IMG/VR virus record: IMGVR_UViG_3300045971_000577
Coordinates: 248,001-312,000 of that record
Length of the DNA: 64,000 nucleotides
Reading direction: 5' to 3' (one strand)
A program made the translations under genes and the position numbers. Positions 53,551 through 63,743 of the stretch are shown here, in pieces. The notes beneath the pieces are model-generated. The model worked only from the letters and a program-made list of their open reading frames with translations. It ran no database searches and was not told the origin of the DNA. Numbering within the stretch: position 1 is the first letter of the stretch; every line of letters begins with the position of its first letter.

Positions 53551-56286
53551 TTAGTTAGTTACTTCTGTTGTTTGCACTGTTGCAACCCAACGAATTGTTT
53601 TAGCAGTTTCGCCTGTGACACGAACTCTCAACGAACCAGCAGTTGTATCAACAGTTACAGCGGCATCCCATGCATTGTTTGTTTCGCCGATGATTGTCTT
53701 CGATGGTGTGCCAACGAATGTGATCGACCCAGCGGTAGCGTCTTTCTTTGCTACGCCAACAAATCTATATCCAGCGCCACCACCTGTTGCATCTGTTCTA
53801 CGACCTGCAACCAAGATGTCGAATGTAAACAACGAGTTGTCAGGAAGAACTAGACGCTCAGATGCTCCGTCAAGGAATAGTTCTGTAACACCGTTTGTTG
53901 TGGTGATGTTACGAAGAACATACATGCCTCTTTGTGCGTCGCCTGCTGTAGCGAAGCTGCCGTTTGCAAAGGCTTTTTGCCCATAAAGTGTTGCATTTGC
54001 GCCGGTTCCTACAGCAAGAGAATCAACTGCTGTTGCTGCTGATCCGCTACCTAGAGCGACTGCATTTGTACCTGTTGCTACTGGAGTAACTGGTGTTGAT
54101 GGATTTTCTCTGTATAGCTTCAATGCGCCTGTTAGGTCAGCGAATACAAGTCCGCGGAATGCAGGCTGGCCTGATGCTGCGTCTGGTGCTGCAAATACTG
54201 AATTAGCAGATTGGCTGTTTAGAGTCAATGTCAATGTACCGGTGCTTGTTACTGGAGAACCTGTAACTGCGTAGATTGGTGTTGTAGATGCATCTGCAAG
54301 CGCGACCGAAGTAACACCTGTGTTTGCTACAGTGATAACACCTGCAGAGTTTGTAACGCTAATACCTGTGCCTGCTGTTACAGTCTTGTACTCAGATGAT
54401 GTTCCTGCAGCATTTACGCCAAGGACTTGGTTAGCTGTTCCAAGTGCTGTCAATCCAGATCCACCGTTAGCTGGGTTCAATGTACCTGCCATTGTGATGA
54501 CGCCGGATGTTGTTACTGGGCCACCGCTGAATGTCAAGCCAGTTGTGCCACCGCTAACATCGATAGAAGTAACAGTACCACCTGTTGAGCTAATTGTGAT
54601 TGCACCCGCTGCGTTGCCGATGCTGATACCAGTTCCTGCTGTTAGTGTTGCTAGGGTATATCCGCTACCGTTGCCGATTAGAAGTTCACCGTTGCCAACT
54701 GGACCTGCTACACCTGTGCCGCCATATGCTGCGCCAATGACACCTGCATTCCATGTGCCTGTTGTTACTGTACCAAGTGTCGTGATGGATGATTGACCAA
54801 CGTAACCAGAAGCGATATCAACAGTGTATGTTGGGCCTGCTGCCAATGCTGTTGTGATACGGTTAGCCGTACCTTGAATCATCAATGTGCCACCTAGGGA
54901 AATAGTTTCTGTACCAACGTTATCAGCGTCAAGTGTAATCGAAGAGTTCTGAAGCATTGCGTTTGTTACGCCAGCTGCATTTACCTTCAATCCTGATGAC
55001 GATTGTGTCAAGCTCGAACCTTCAAGAACCAATGTTAGTTGGCCGGAAGTCAATACAGAAGTAAGTTGAACTGCCTGGTTTGCAACAATGTCAAGACCAA
55101 TTTCTTGTGTTGGTAAGTTAGTAATACCAGCACCAAGATCGGCACTAATAACGTTACCGGCAACAGTAATACCTGTACCGCCGGTGTATGCGCCTGCGCC
55201 TGAGAATTGTGTCCATGTTTGACCAGCGAAGCTGCTCAATGTTGCTGTTTGTACCCAACCGGAGTCAGCGTAGGTTGTTCCTTCATTAACAAATACTGCC
55301 GCACCATTTAGGTCAGTGTAAGGCGTTGCATCCGAAGCACGAGCCATAGTGTATGTTGCACCAGTTACTGTTACGACATAGATACCGTTATCGGCTCCAG
55401 ATGTTTCTGCAGTTAGCAAAACTCTGTCTTGGTCGAGAATAGTATAACCGTCGATAACCAATGGTGTAGAACCAGCTAGTGGTACGTTCACATCAGCAAA
55501 TGCTGCAACGGCTTGCTTCCAGCTTAGGCCAGATACCAAGTTGTCGACATAATTCTTATTTGCTGCATCTGTTGCGTTAGTTGGATCTGGAAGGCCAGTA
55601 ACTGTTGCTCCACCAATAAACGATAGGTTGCCGGACATGGAATCGCCGGTGATGTTTACATATGTACCATCTACAAGTGCGGTAATATCACCTGTTGTTA
55701 CAGCGGTGTTACCAGTTACGCGGCCCTTAGTGTCAAGTGTAACCTTAACAAAGTTACCTGTCGAAGCCTGTGTAACTGTAGCAAGATCGATAGTTGGAGA
55801 CGAAGCTTGGCCGTCACCGTTTGTTACGTCGATATTGCCGGCTGTACCGGTAATGCTACGATCAACAAATCCACCTGCGGTTTGAACTACAAATCCTGTT
55901 CCGGTCAATGCTGAAAGATCTTGCAAATTCTGCGACAATGCCAACGCAAATGTACCGCTGTTGGTAATAGTTTGTGTTGCGCCTGCGCTAACACTCAAAC
56001 CAGTACCAGTTGTTACGGTTACAGATGTTACTGTACCACCGCCCGTGGACAATGCTACCCATGTTGTTCCGTCGTGAAATTCGAGGTCGTTTGCATCGTC
56101 GTTAAAACGCAACATAGCCGCAGTAGGCGATGCTGGACGCTCTGCAAGAGTTCCTGATGGTAGTGTTAGTGCGCCTGTGCCGATAATTGTAAGTACACCA
56201 GCTTGACCGCCTAGTGGTGGTAGTTCTGTTACGTCAAGCGTTTGAAGTCCACCGTAAATCGCGCCTGTATCAAAGTTGAAATCCAT
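53551..56286 (-). CDS. Fibre-like structural protein (911 aa)
   Basis: Paralogue of the preceding gene; same C-terminal domain. Confidence 0.75.
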   Translation of the reverse strand: MDFNFDTGAIYGGLQTLDVTELPPLGGQAGVLTIIGTGALTLPSGTLAERPASPTAAMLRFNDDANDLEFHDGTTWVALSTGGGTVTSVTVTTGTGLSVSAGATQTITNSGTFALALSQNLQDLSALTGTGFVVQTAGGFVDRSITGTAGNIDVTNGDGQASSPTIDLATVTQASTGNFVKVTLDTKGRVTGNTAVTTGDITALVDGTYVNITGDSMSGNLSFIGGATVTGLPDPTNATDAANKNYVDNLVSGLSWKQAVAAFADVNVPLAGSTPLVIDGYTILDQDRVLLTAETSGADNGIYVVTVTGATYTMARASDATPYTDLNGAAVFVNEGTTYADSGWVQTATLSSFAGQTWTQFSGAGAYTGGTGITVAGNVISADLGAGITNLPTQEIGLDIVANQAVQLTSVLTSGQLTLVLEGSSLTQSSSGLKVNAAGVTNAMLQNSSITLDADNVGTETISLGGTLMIQGTANRITTALAAGPTYTVDIASGYVGQSSITTLGTVTTGTWNAGVIGAAYGGTGVAGPVGNGELLIGNGSGYTLATLTAGTGISIGNAAGAITISSTGGTVTSIDVSGGTTGLTFSGGPVTTSGVITMAGTLNPANGGSGLTALGTANQVLGVNAAGTSSEYKTVTAGTGISVTNSAGVITVANTGVTSVALADASTTPIYAVTGSPVTSTGTLTLTLNSQSANSVFAAPDAASGQPAFRGLVFADLTGALKLYRENPSTPVTPVATGTNAVALGSGSAATAVDSLAVGTGANATLYGQKAFANGSFATAGDAQRGMYVLRNITTTNGVTELFLDGASERLVLPDNSLFTFDILVAGRRTDATGGGAGYRFVGVAKKDATAGSITFVGTPSKTIIGETNNAWDAAVTVDTTAGSLRVRVTGETAKTIRWVATVQTTEVTN

Positions 56287-56299
56287 TTTGTTATTTTCC

Positions 56300-57481
56300 T
56301 TAGTTTGTAATCTCGACTGTTTCGACTAAAGCGACCCATCGTATTGTTTTTGATGCTTCTCCCGTGACTGAAATTTTCAGTGATCCGTTAATTGCATCCG
56401 CAGTTATATTTATATCCCATACTGGATTAGACTCCGCTAACACAGTCTTTTGTACTGATCCTTGAATAGCCGTTGACGCTACTCCCGCATTTCTATATAT
56501 TACCCCGGCGGCAGTGTAACCTGCATGGCCATTTCCTATATCTGTTCTATGTGCTGTAACTGTTACCTTAAACGTCCAGGTGGAATCATCCGGTAATACT
56601 ATACGTTGATTTCCACCTGTACCATCAACAAATAGTTCCTGTGCCGCTGGACTAATAGTAGTCCCACGAACAATGTATCTACCTACTTGTGCATCACCGG
56701 GATTTGTAAATCTTCCTGCAGACTGAACAAATCCGCCCGGAATTCTTGAGTATGATTGTTTACCAATAGCCAATGAGTTTGTGCCGGATGGTGCTGTTTC
56801 TGCACCAGAACCGATTGCAACAGAATCCAATGCTTGTGCAACTGGTGCTGTAAATCCATTTACTTTTTCGTTGTAAAGACGCGGACTCTTGGCAATGACA
56901 TCCCATGTAGCCCCGTTAAATCGGTAAATTGCATTACCGTCAGTAACTGCCTGATCAATATAGATTGCACCAATTGCATCTGTCCCGGTAGGAGGACCTA
57001 CATCCTCTCGTACACTCGGTGCGCCGCCGCCATTGATAACTTGTAGTTGATTTACAACATTGTTTAGTCCGGCTTGCGACGGAGTAATAATTATCGGTGC
57101 ATTTGTTGCAGCGGTAATTCTACCTTTAGAGTTTACTGTAAAAATACCAACTGTTGAAGTTGTACCATAAATACCGGCATTCACTCCAGTGTCTGATAGA
57201 GTGGTCGTTACAGGAGAAATTCCCGATCCAGTAATATCACCGACAAGAGTAATAGGACCGTCTACAGGATCTTGCCAGGTTGTGGTACCAACACCGTCGG
57301 TTGTTAGGACTTGTCCTGGATTACCAGCGATTAGTGGATAACTATTTCCGGTAATTATTACCGGATTGCCGCCGTTAACAATCGGAAAGTTATTTGTTGT
57401 AAGTGGACCGCCGAGAGTCGGTGACGTATCAACTACAACATCGGTATTGGCTTTTAACAGTGTGCTGACTTTGATTACCAT
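56300..57481 (-). CDS. Fibre-like structural protein (393 aa)
   Basis: Same C-terminal IRWVALVETVEITN domain. Confidence 0.72.
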   Translation of the reverse strand: MVIKVSTLLKANTDVVVDTSPTLGGPLTTNNFPIVNGGNPVIITGNSYPLIAGNPGQVLTTDGVGTTTWQDPVDGPITLVGDITGSGISPVTTTLSDTGVNAGIYGTTSTVGIFTVNSKGRITAATNAPIIITPSQAGLNNVVNQLQVINGGGAPSVREDVGPPTGTDAIGAIYIDQAVTDGNAIYRFNGATWDVIAKSPRLYNEKVNGFTAPVAQALDSVAIGSGAETAPSGTNSLAIGKQSYSRIPGGFVQSAGRFTNPGDAQVGRYIVRGTTISPAAQELFVDGTGGNQRIVLPDDSTWTFKVTVTAHRTDIGNGHAGYTAAGVIYRNAGVASTAIQGSVQKTVLAESNPVWDINITADAINGSLKISVTGEASKTIRWVALVETVEITN

Positions 57482-57601
57482 GCGTTCCGATTCCTAATAG
57501 GCTTTTTCATATTTATCACAAATGTGAAAAATTTACACCCGTTTATTGTATGTCGGGTGAATCGAGTCGCTATATACCGGCGGGCATACCCTGCCACACT
57601 A

Positions 57602-58174
57602 TTATCCTATAACTATTCTGCCCGACATTTGAACTCCGTTCAATATGGATCGGCCCGGGGATGAAGATCCGATACCAGAAAATCCGGCAGCACTGTCAAC
57701 ATCGACTTCTACACTAAATGTTCCAGGACCGGAATAAGTATGTGTAGGATTTTGCAAGGTACTTGTGCCTCCGTCGCCAAATCTCCAAGCCCATTGTGTT
57801 ATGCCACCACCCGAGGGACCGCTGAATGCCCATGTCTGTGTAGTCGATGGAACGTATACAGAAGAGGTTATTGTTGTACTGGCGGTCGGGTCAACTGTAA
57901 TAGTAAAACTTGATGTTACCGGGGTTATGATATTAACATCAGTGTTATATGTCATCACAGGATAATATATACCAGCTAACGAATATATATGGGCGGTAGT
58001 GAACTGTGTTGTACCAATTCCTCCGCTCTGGGTATAATCGGTAGATCCATCGCCGAAGACAATCCGAATGTTATAGATATAGCTGGCTGCAAAACTAGCC
58101 TGGCCATGATATGTTACGTCGAGTGGCACGGCGCCACTCGACGGTGTTGCTGTATTGAGTATTGCTACTGGCAT
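57602..58174 (-). CDS. PKD-domain protein
   Basis: WAWRFGDGGTSTLQNPTHTY. Confidence 0.8.
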   Translation of the reverse strand: MPVAILNTATPSSGAVPLDVTYHGQASFAASYIYNIRIVFGDGSTDYTQSGGIGTTQFTTAHIYSLAGIYYPVMTYNTDVNIITPVTSSFTITVDPTASTTITSSVYVPSTTQTWAFSGPSGGGITQWAWRFGDGGTSTLQNPTHTYSGPGTFSVEVDVDSAAGFSGIGSSSPGRSILNGVQMSGRIVIG

Positions 58175-58175
58175 G

Positions 58176-58577
58176 TCAATCCTTTATTATTATGTCATAG
58201 CAAATTCTAAAAACTTGTCTATAATCGGCTGTTATTTCTTCATCTATATGTATATCTCTAATAGCGATTAATAAATAATCGCCAGTAGCGTAAATATATG
58301 CGTTAGCGTCCAATGAATGATTTAGATACCGACCGGCCTGTGTTGTATAATTATCAATAGTAGCAGATTCTATAATACTACCCATTTCAATAAAGTTCTT
58401 TGCAAAAAGTCCTAATCCCTCAATATTACTATTTCTAACTTCGGTATTCAATAACCTGCATTCTTTATAAAACGTTGGATTTTTTAGTTTGTCTTCGGCG
58501 ATGTCCTTAGATAGGCTGAGCGATTCTATTATGCGAATATAGTCTTGATGATTTACATCAAGCATGTCATGCTGCAT
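58176..58577 (-). CDS. SET-domain protein (lysine methyltransferase-like)
   Basis: GLGLFA, RYLNHS, EEITADY. Confidence 0.8.
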   Translation of the reverse strand: MQHDMLDVNHQDYIRIIESLSLSKDIAEDKLKNPTFYKECRLLNTEVRNSNIEGLGLFAKNFIEMGSIIESATIDNYTTQAGRYLNHSLDANAYIYATGDYLLIAIRDIHIDEEITADYRQVFRICYDIIIKD

Positions 58578-59433
58578 TATTAGGAAACGATCTACCAGAA
58601 CCCCATATTACTCTGACGGCGCCGTGAGCACCGTTGCCGCCAGTATATGTAGGTTGTAAACGAGTTCCTCCTGCGCCAACCACAACAGTGTAGTCACTAC
58701 CGGGTGTTACAGAAATATTATTATACCATCCTAGTCCGCCGCCACCACCACCGTAACCGACCGCGAAGCCGCCTGAACCGCCGCCGCCGTAGAGTCCGCC
58801 GTCGCCGGTGTGACGACCTGCAGAGTTTCCCGAATCAGCAGCAGAACCCGTTGCGCCGGCAGAACCGCCTTCGCCCGGTGAGCCAAAACTGCCGGATCCT
58901 GCAGCGCCGCCGGCGCCGTTAGTTCCCTGCCCATACAATCCTACACCACCACCACCACCGCCCCATCCGGTGGTGGTGGTGGCTGGACCGCAACCCGCAC
59001 CACCACCACCACCACCGGATCCTGATTGCCCTGCAGAGTTATATGTTGTACCATTGCCACCATTGCCGATATATCCGCCGGCACCAGCACCGGTTACAGG
59101 ACCACCATGGCCCCCATTACCGCCGCCCTGCCCGGTATATGATCCACCTGCGCCGCCGCTGGGTGAAACACCTTTAAGGCCGCCGGTGCCGGAAACTATA
59201 GCCGAATCCCAAAAATATGATATACTGCCATCACTACCGCCGGTGGTGCCGGTGGCACCACCTCCCCAGCCGCCGCCACCGATACAGACAGCACATACTG
59301 ATGTTACCCCCGCTGGTACAGTAAACGTATATGTACCCGGTGTTGTGAATAATTGTTCAGATGATAGTGGTGCAGATTCTGCTGATAATACAACTCTGCC
59401 CGATGTGAAGATGCTATTTAGATTTACCGACAT
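58567..59433 (-). CDS. Glycine-rich structural protein
   Basis: FTTPGTYTFTVPAGV followed by poly-Gly repeats. Confidence 0.75.
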   Translation of the reverse strand: MSVNLNSIFTSGRVVLSAESAPLSSEQLFTTPGTYTFTVPAGVTSVCAVCIGGGGWGGGATGTTGGSDGSISYFWDSAIVSGTGGLKGVSPSGGAGGSYTGQGGGNGGHGGPVTGAGAGGYIGNGGNGTTYNSAGQSGSGGGGGGAGCGPATTTTGWGGGGGGVGLYGQGTNGAGGAAGSGSFGSPGEGGSAGATGSAADSGNSAGRHTGDGGLYGGGGSGGFAVGYGGGGGGLGWYNNISVTPGSDYTVVVGAGGTRLQPTYTGGNGAHGAVRVIWGSGRSFPNNAA

Positions 59434-59545
59434 ATATGTCCTTTAAGAGTCTGTATATTTATCGCGCAAAGGTAAAAAGAAGTACCGTGGACAGAAGAAA
59501 GAAAAGCTGCTCGAAGAAAATTACTAGCAGAAAAATTTAGCCAAG

Positions 59546-59572
59546 AAAAAAGCCCCGATTAAGGGGCTTTTT
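59546..59572 (-). terminator. Intrinsic terminator after the capsid gene
   Basis: AAAAAGCCCC/GGGGCTTTTT. Confidence 0.8.
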
Positions 59573-59611
59573 GTTTCTATTACACTTTCCGTAATATCAA
59601 TCCAATGCAGA

Positions 59612-60784
59612 TTAATAAAACTTCAATGTCGAGCTGTCAATACCAACCTTCGACAAATAGTCAGCTGCGTTACCGAAGCTGTTTGCTGTGTTAGTAAGTT
59701 CTAGGTAGCCGTAACGTGTCATGAACGATACAACTGGTTCGAACGTTTGTGGATCCATAACTGGACCGACGCTCATCAATGGAATGTATGGGCAGTAGTA
59801 AGCTGCGGCGTCAGTTTCTGTAGGACCCTTGTAACCCATAAGGATTGGGTCGCCATCGCTAGCGTACTGGTTGACATACACGCGCATTGTGCTGTTCAAT
59901 GTACCAACAAACTTTGTGTTTGTAGGTGCTTCGAATGTACCTTCTGTGGTACGAGCAAACGACGATGTTGTTGCAGACTGAAGAATTGTCAACGCTGTTG
60001 GCGAAACAACTGCCCAGTTAGCAGCACCACGACGTGTGCGTGCAGCAATCAAGTTGGCCTGCTGGTTGATCATAACTGCTAGCGCAGCCATTTCATCACC
60101 AACGTATGTAGCTGTACCAGATACAGCGGCTTGGTTGAATGTTGTTGGAGCGACAGGAACTAGAGCGCCTAGCTTGTAGAGCATTTCCTGGTCGATTTCA
60201 ACTGTGATTTCTTGTGCAAGAGCTTGCATGATTTCAGCTTCGATGTCGATACCGTGAATAGCATTAGCATCTTGAGCGGCTTCGAATGTCCAACGAGCAG
60301 ATAGTCTGCGTGTCTTAGCTTCGACAGTCTCTTTCAAGATCTGAATGCTCATCTTGTTACCTGGTACACCTTCCATACGTGCTGTAGAAGCAGCAGCAGG
60401 GTCAGCTTGAACTTCGTTACCCGAATATGCCTTAGCAATTTCGAATGGACCAAGAGCTTCTGTACCAGCTGTTACACCAGCGGCTGTGTTTGCATAGCGA
60501 ACACGAAGAGTGTGGATCTGACCGACGGGGCCTGTCATTGGCTGAACGCCCATGATTTCGTTAGCGATAACGGTAGGCATAACACGACGGATTAGGGGTA
60601 GCATCACCTTGTTTAGTACAGCGATGTTACCAGCTTGTGTAGCACCTGCGGTTGCCGATTCAGCCAAGTAACGACGAGTGTTTTCAAACACGACGTCCAT
60701 GGACTGTCTACGGGTACCCGAAAGGCCTTCTAGAAGGGCTTCTTTTGTTGCGCCCCAGTTTGATTCAAATAGCTTTGTTGCCAT
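59612..60784 (-). CDS. Major capsid protein (T4 gp23-like)
   Basis: GVQPMTGPVGQI, VEAKTRRLSARWT, EIDQE, YYCPYIPL, MTRYG. Confidence 0.95.
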   Translation of the reverse strand: MATKLFESNWGATKEALLEGLSGTRRQSMDVVFENTRRYLAESATAGATQAGNIAVLNKVMLPLIRRVMPTVIANEIMGVQPMTGPVGQIHTLRVRYANTAAGVTAGTEALGPFEIAKAYSGNEVQADPAAASTARMEGVPGNKMSIQILKETVEAKTRRLSARWTFEAAQDANAIHGIDIEAEIMQALAQEITVEIDQEMLYKLGALVPVAPTTFNQAAVSGTATYVGDEMAALAVMINQQANLIAARTRRGAANWAVVSPTALTILQSATTSSFARTTEGTFEAPTNTKFVGTLNSTMRVYVNQYASDGDPILMGYKGPTETDAAAYYCPYIPLMSVGPVMDPQTFEPVVSFMTRYGYLELTNTANSFGNAADYLSKVGIDSSTLKFY

Positions 60785-60800
60785 TGTAAAATTCTCCTAT

Positions 60801-61922
60801 TTACTTTCTGATTCCGGCTAAGGATAAAATCTTCTTTAGATCCGAAGAGTCCGATTCGGCATCTTCGACTTGAGCGACCTCCGCTCTATTACCTGTCTTT
60901 GCAGACAATGTTGCTTCGTTCAACTGTGGCTTTGCAGCTACAGGTTTACGTTCTACAGCTTCATTTAGAACGCTTGGTAGGTATTTGTTGTACTGACCTT
61001 GCAAATTCTTTGTCTGAACTGATTCAAGCAATTCCTTCATTACAGCCTTCTTGTCTTTCGACAATGGGGCCAGTAACTCGCTCATAACTTTTTGTCTTTC
61101 AACTAGGTCCTGAGTTGCCTTCAACTTGGTGTCCATGCCTTCCATTACTGTCTTTGTCTTCTTTACCGACTCTTTTAGGGTCGACAATTCAGCAGTCTTG
61201 GACTCTAGAACCTTCTGCATCTTGCGTAGTTCAGTGCCTTCGTTTAGATACGAAGTCATGAATTCAGCTGCGAAGCTTTCAAACATCTTGCGACCGAACT
61301 CGTTTTCGCGGGCGACACGAATGTCATCCTTAAATTGACCGATTTCAGAACGCAGAGTCTTTTCAATGTTAGACTCGACGATTGTTGCTGCACGCTTGAT
61401 AAACTGTGCCTTTGTTTCTTGTAGCTTCTTGTTACCTTCGGCAACCATCTTGACTTTCTGTTCCACTAGGGACTTCTTGTCAGCACGGAACTCGCGAATT
61501 TCTTCTGCAAGTTGCTTCAATAGGAAGTTCTCAAGCTTCTTGAAGTTTTCCTTCATTGCTGACTTCTCAGCGTGAAACTCTTTCATTTCCTTAGCTACGG
61601 CTTCTGTAACGAACTTGTTTAGCATTCCTGTGTGTTCGACGAGTTTGCTCTTGTAAGCAACACGTTCTTCGACAAGTTTTCTCTTGTCACTGGCGAATTC
61701 TTCGAGTTCAACGCGGACCTTGTCTGTCAAGAAACGATCCATTGACTCAACCAAAACTCCCTTGTCATGTTCAAACTTGCGTGCAAATTCCTCGCGGAGT
61801 GTTGCAGCAACTTCTTCACGTGCTTCGGTGATCTTTGATTCCCACAATCCAACGATCTGATTGCGGATGTCTTCGGATAGCCCAACGCTTTCGCTCAAGA
61901 TCTCATCTATTTTTTTTGCCAT
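60801..61922 (-). CDS. Prohead scaffolding/core protein (gp22-like)
   Basis: Coiled-coil, E/K-rich; lies between protease and capsid genes. Confidence 0.8.
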   Translation of the reverse strand: MAKKIDEILSESVGLSEDIRNQIVGLWESKITEAREEVAATLREEFARKFEHDKGVLVESMDRFLTDKVRVELEEFASDKRKLVEERVAYKSKLVEHTGMLNKFVTEAVAKEMKEFHAEKSAMKENFKKLENFLLKQLAEEIREFRADKKSLVEQKVKMVAEGNKKLQETKAQFIKRAATIVESNIEKTLRSEIGQFKDDIRVARENEFGRKMFESFAAEFMTSYLNEGTELRKMQKVLESKTAELSTLKESVKKTKTVMEGMDTKLKATQDLVERQKVMSELLAPLSKDKKAVMKELLESVQTKNLQGQYNKYLPSVLNEAVERKPVAAKPQLNEATLSAKTGNRAEVAQVEDAESDSSDLKKILSLAGIRK

Positions 61923-61933
61923 CTTGAGTTCTC

Positions 61934-62569
61934 CTATTGTATCTTTAACTCTTGAATAAATCGATGAAGGTCCTTAACAAGCTGTTTTTGTGCGGTGGCT
62001 TCTGTAAGTGCTTCCCTTGCGGTTGTCACAATACGCGAACCACCCTTCATGTTAAAAAGACTTTCGTATATCGTTCTTGGAAATGCATTTGGTGCACTTG
62101 GTTGTGCCACGATGTCAACAGTTACAATTTCAAAATCTGAAACTGCACCATCGTCACCAACATTACCAGAACCACGGGATGAAACCCCCAACTTTGCACC
62201 CGAAAGTAACAATGTCTTAACTATGTTACCCATCGGAGTTGGAACAATCTTCAACTTACCGTATCCATCAGCACCTTCAATCCACATTTCTGTGATAAGG
62301 TGTGCGACGCGGTCAAGGTTAATAGAGAGCTCTTCCGGATGGTCGAGTTCTCCCATTACTGTATGACCGGTACTTAACTTTTCTGTGATAGAGTTTACAG
62401 CGCGGGCAATCTCTCGGGCTGGATAAACACGCTGGTTTTGGTTTCTTACGTCACCCTGGATAAAGATCCCTTTCATGCAGAGATCCTTACCACCAGCTTT
62501 GTTATCTTCTTCAAGAAGTTGAACGTGTGCCTTGTCGAAAGACAGGAACTCGTACAGTTTATTTGCCAT
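61934..62569 (-). CDS. Prohead protease (T4 gp21-like)
   Basis: NQRVYP, GELDHP, LGVSSRGSG, DIVAQPSAPNA. Confidence 0.93.
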   Translation of the reverse strand: MANKLYEFLSFDKAHVQLLEEDNKAGGKDLCMKGIFIQGDVRNQNQRVYPAREIARAVNSITEKLSTGHTVMGELDHPEELSINLDRVAHLITEMWIEGADGYGKLKIVPTPMGNIVKTLLLSGAKLGVSSRGSGNVGDDGAVSDFEIVTVDIVAQPSAPNAFPRTIYESLFNMKGGSRIVTTAREALTEATAQKQLVKDLHRFIQELKIQ

Positions 62570-62583
62570 TTCTGTTTTCTACC

Positions 62584-63639
62584 TTACGCTGGCTTCTTCG
62601 AAAGAGGAGACTTTGTAAATCCTGGACCTGCAGCCTTACCACCAGTAAACTTAGCAGTTGTGTCAGCCTTTACGCCATTCTTCTTTGGCTCTAGACCCAC
62701 GTTGTCAGTGATTGTTTCGTCCTTAGCAGAGTCACCATGGTACTTGCCGTATTCGCCGCCAGTTCCGCCGTTGCCGCCGATCTTGGTTGGGCTTCCGCCG
62801 TAGTCCTTACGAGCAGGAATGCTTGTGTAAGGTGACTTACCTTGTTCGGCACCAAGAGTCATACCCTTGCCTGTACCTACTAGCTTTGCGGTGCCGCGTT
62901 GGCCGGTATCAGCAACCTTGTTCAGGAACTTGGTTTCTTCGTCGACCTTCTTTTCGCCCTTCTTCTTTAGCTCGCCCTTCTTTACTTCGGGGGCCTTCTT
63001 TAGTTCAGGCTTCTTTTTCTTTTCGAACATTGTGGCAACTACTTCGCCGACAACTTTTTCTTCGCCGCCCATTCCGCCCATGCCTGGTGCGTCGCCCATT
63101 TCGTCCCCGCCGAAATCATCAGCTGGTTCTACTTCGTCTTCTCCGCCAAACTCGTCATCCATGCCCATATCGGCGTGGTTAGGTTCTTGCATTTCTTCGC
63201 CCATTAGTGCGTCGAATTCTGCACGAAGATCAGCAAGTTGAGACTCTAGGTCTTCAATGCGATCTTCTGTGGAACCTTCGCTTTCCTCGCCGCCGAATGG
63301 GTCATCACCCTCGTCATCGCTTTCTTCGTCGCTTTCTTCGTCGTCGAATTCGCTGTCGTCGCCACCGGCTTCGCCAGCGTTCTGTTCGTCTGCGTCGATT
63401 TCTTCTTTGTCTGATCCGATTTCGTCTGTGAAATCTTTATTTGGTTCGCCACCGACTTCATCTGCTTCATCAAGCTTTTCATCTTCATCTTCGACTTCTT
63501 CTTCGTCGACAATGCTTTCATAGATGACACGAGCTTTTTCTACAATGATCTGATGGAGAATTTCAGCGGCTTGTTCTGAGTCTTCCGATAGTAGAAGATC
63601 CAAAACCTGTTCAAGCTTTTGTTGTTGTGACATGCCCAA
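62584..63639 (-). CDS. Acidic prohead core-like protein
   Basis: Very D/E-rich; head morphogenesis operon. Confidence 0.7.
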   Translation of the reverse strand: MGMSQQQKLEQVLDLLLSEDSEQAAEILHQIIVEKARVIYESIVDEEEVEDEDEKLDEADEVGGEPNKDFTDEIGSDKEEIDADEQNAGEAGGDDSEFDDEESDEESDDEGDDPFGGEESEGSTEDRIEDLESQLADLRAEFDALMGEEMQEPNHADMGMDDEFGGEDEVEPADDFGGDEMGDAPGMGGMGGEEKVVGEVVATMFEKKKKPELKKAPEVKKGELKKKGEKKVDEETKFLNKVADTGQRGTAKLVGTGKGMTLGAEQGKSPYTSIPARKDYGGSPTKIGGNGGTGGEYGKYHGDSAKDETITDNVGLEPKKNGVKADTTAKFTGGKAAGPGFTKSPLSKKPA

Positions 63640-63743
63640 TCTCTCCTTGGTTGTTAGTTCAAAGTACCACTTCTGTGGTATTCTAGGTATTTAACCCGGA
63701 GAGAGGGATTGGGTGGTGATATAGCCGAAAAAGAGGCTGAAAT

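Noticed and set aside
30894-57481. Diversity-generating retroelement or invertase switch on the fibre genes
   Set aside because: No reverse transcriptase or recombinase in the window, and no adenine-specific TR/VR pair seen; repeats are direct and coding.
30898-63530. Many + strand ORFs overlapping structural genes, and ORF-track calls running through tRNAs (e.g. 1108-1398, 7764-8342, 21835-22655)
   Set aside because: They are antisense or alternate-frame shadows of Thr/Gly-rich genes or tRNA arrays, with no RBS or family motifs.
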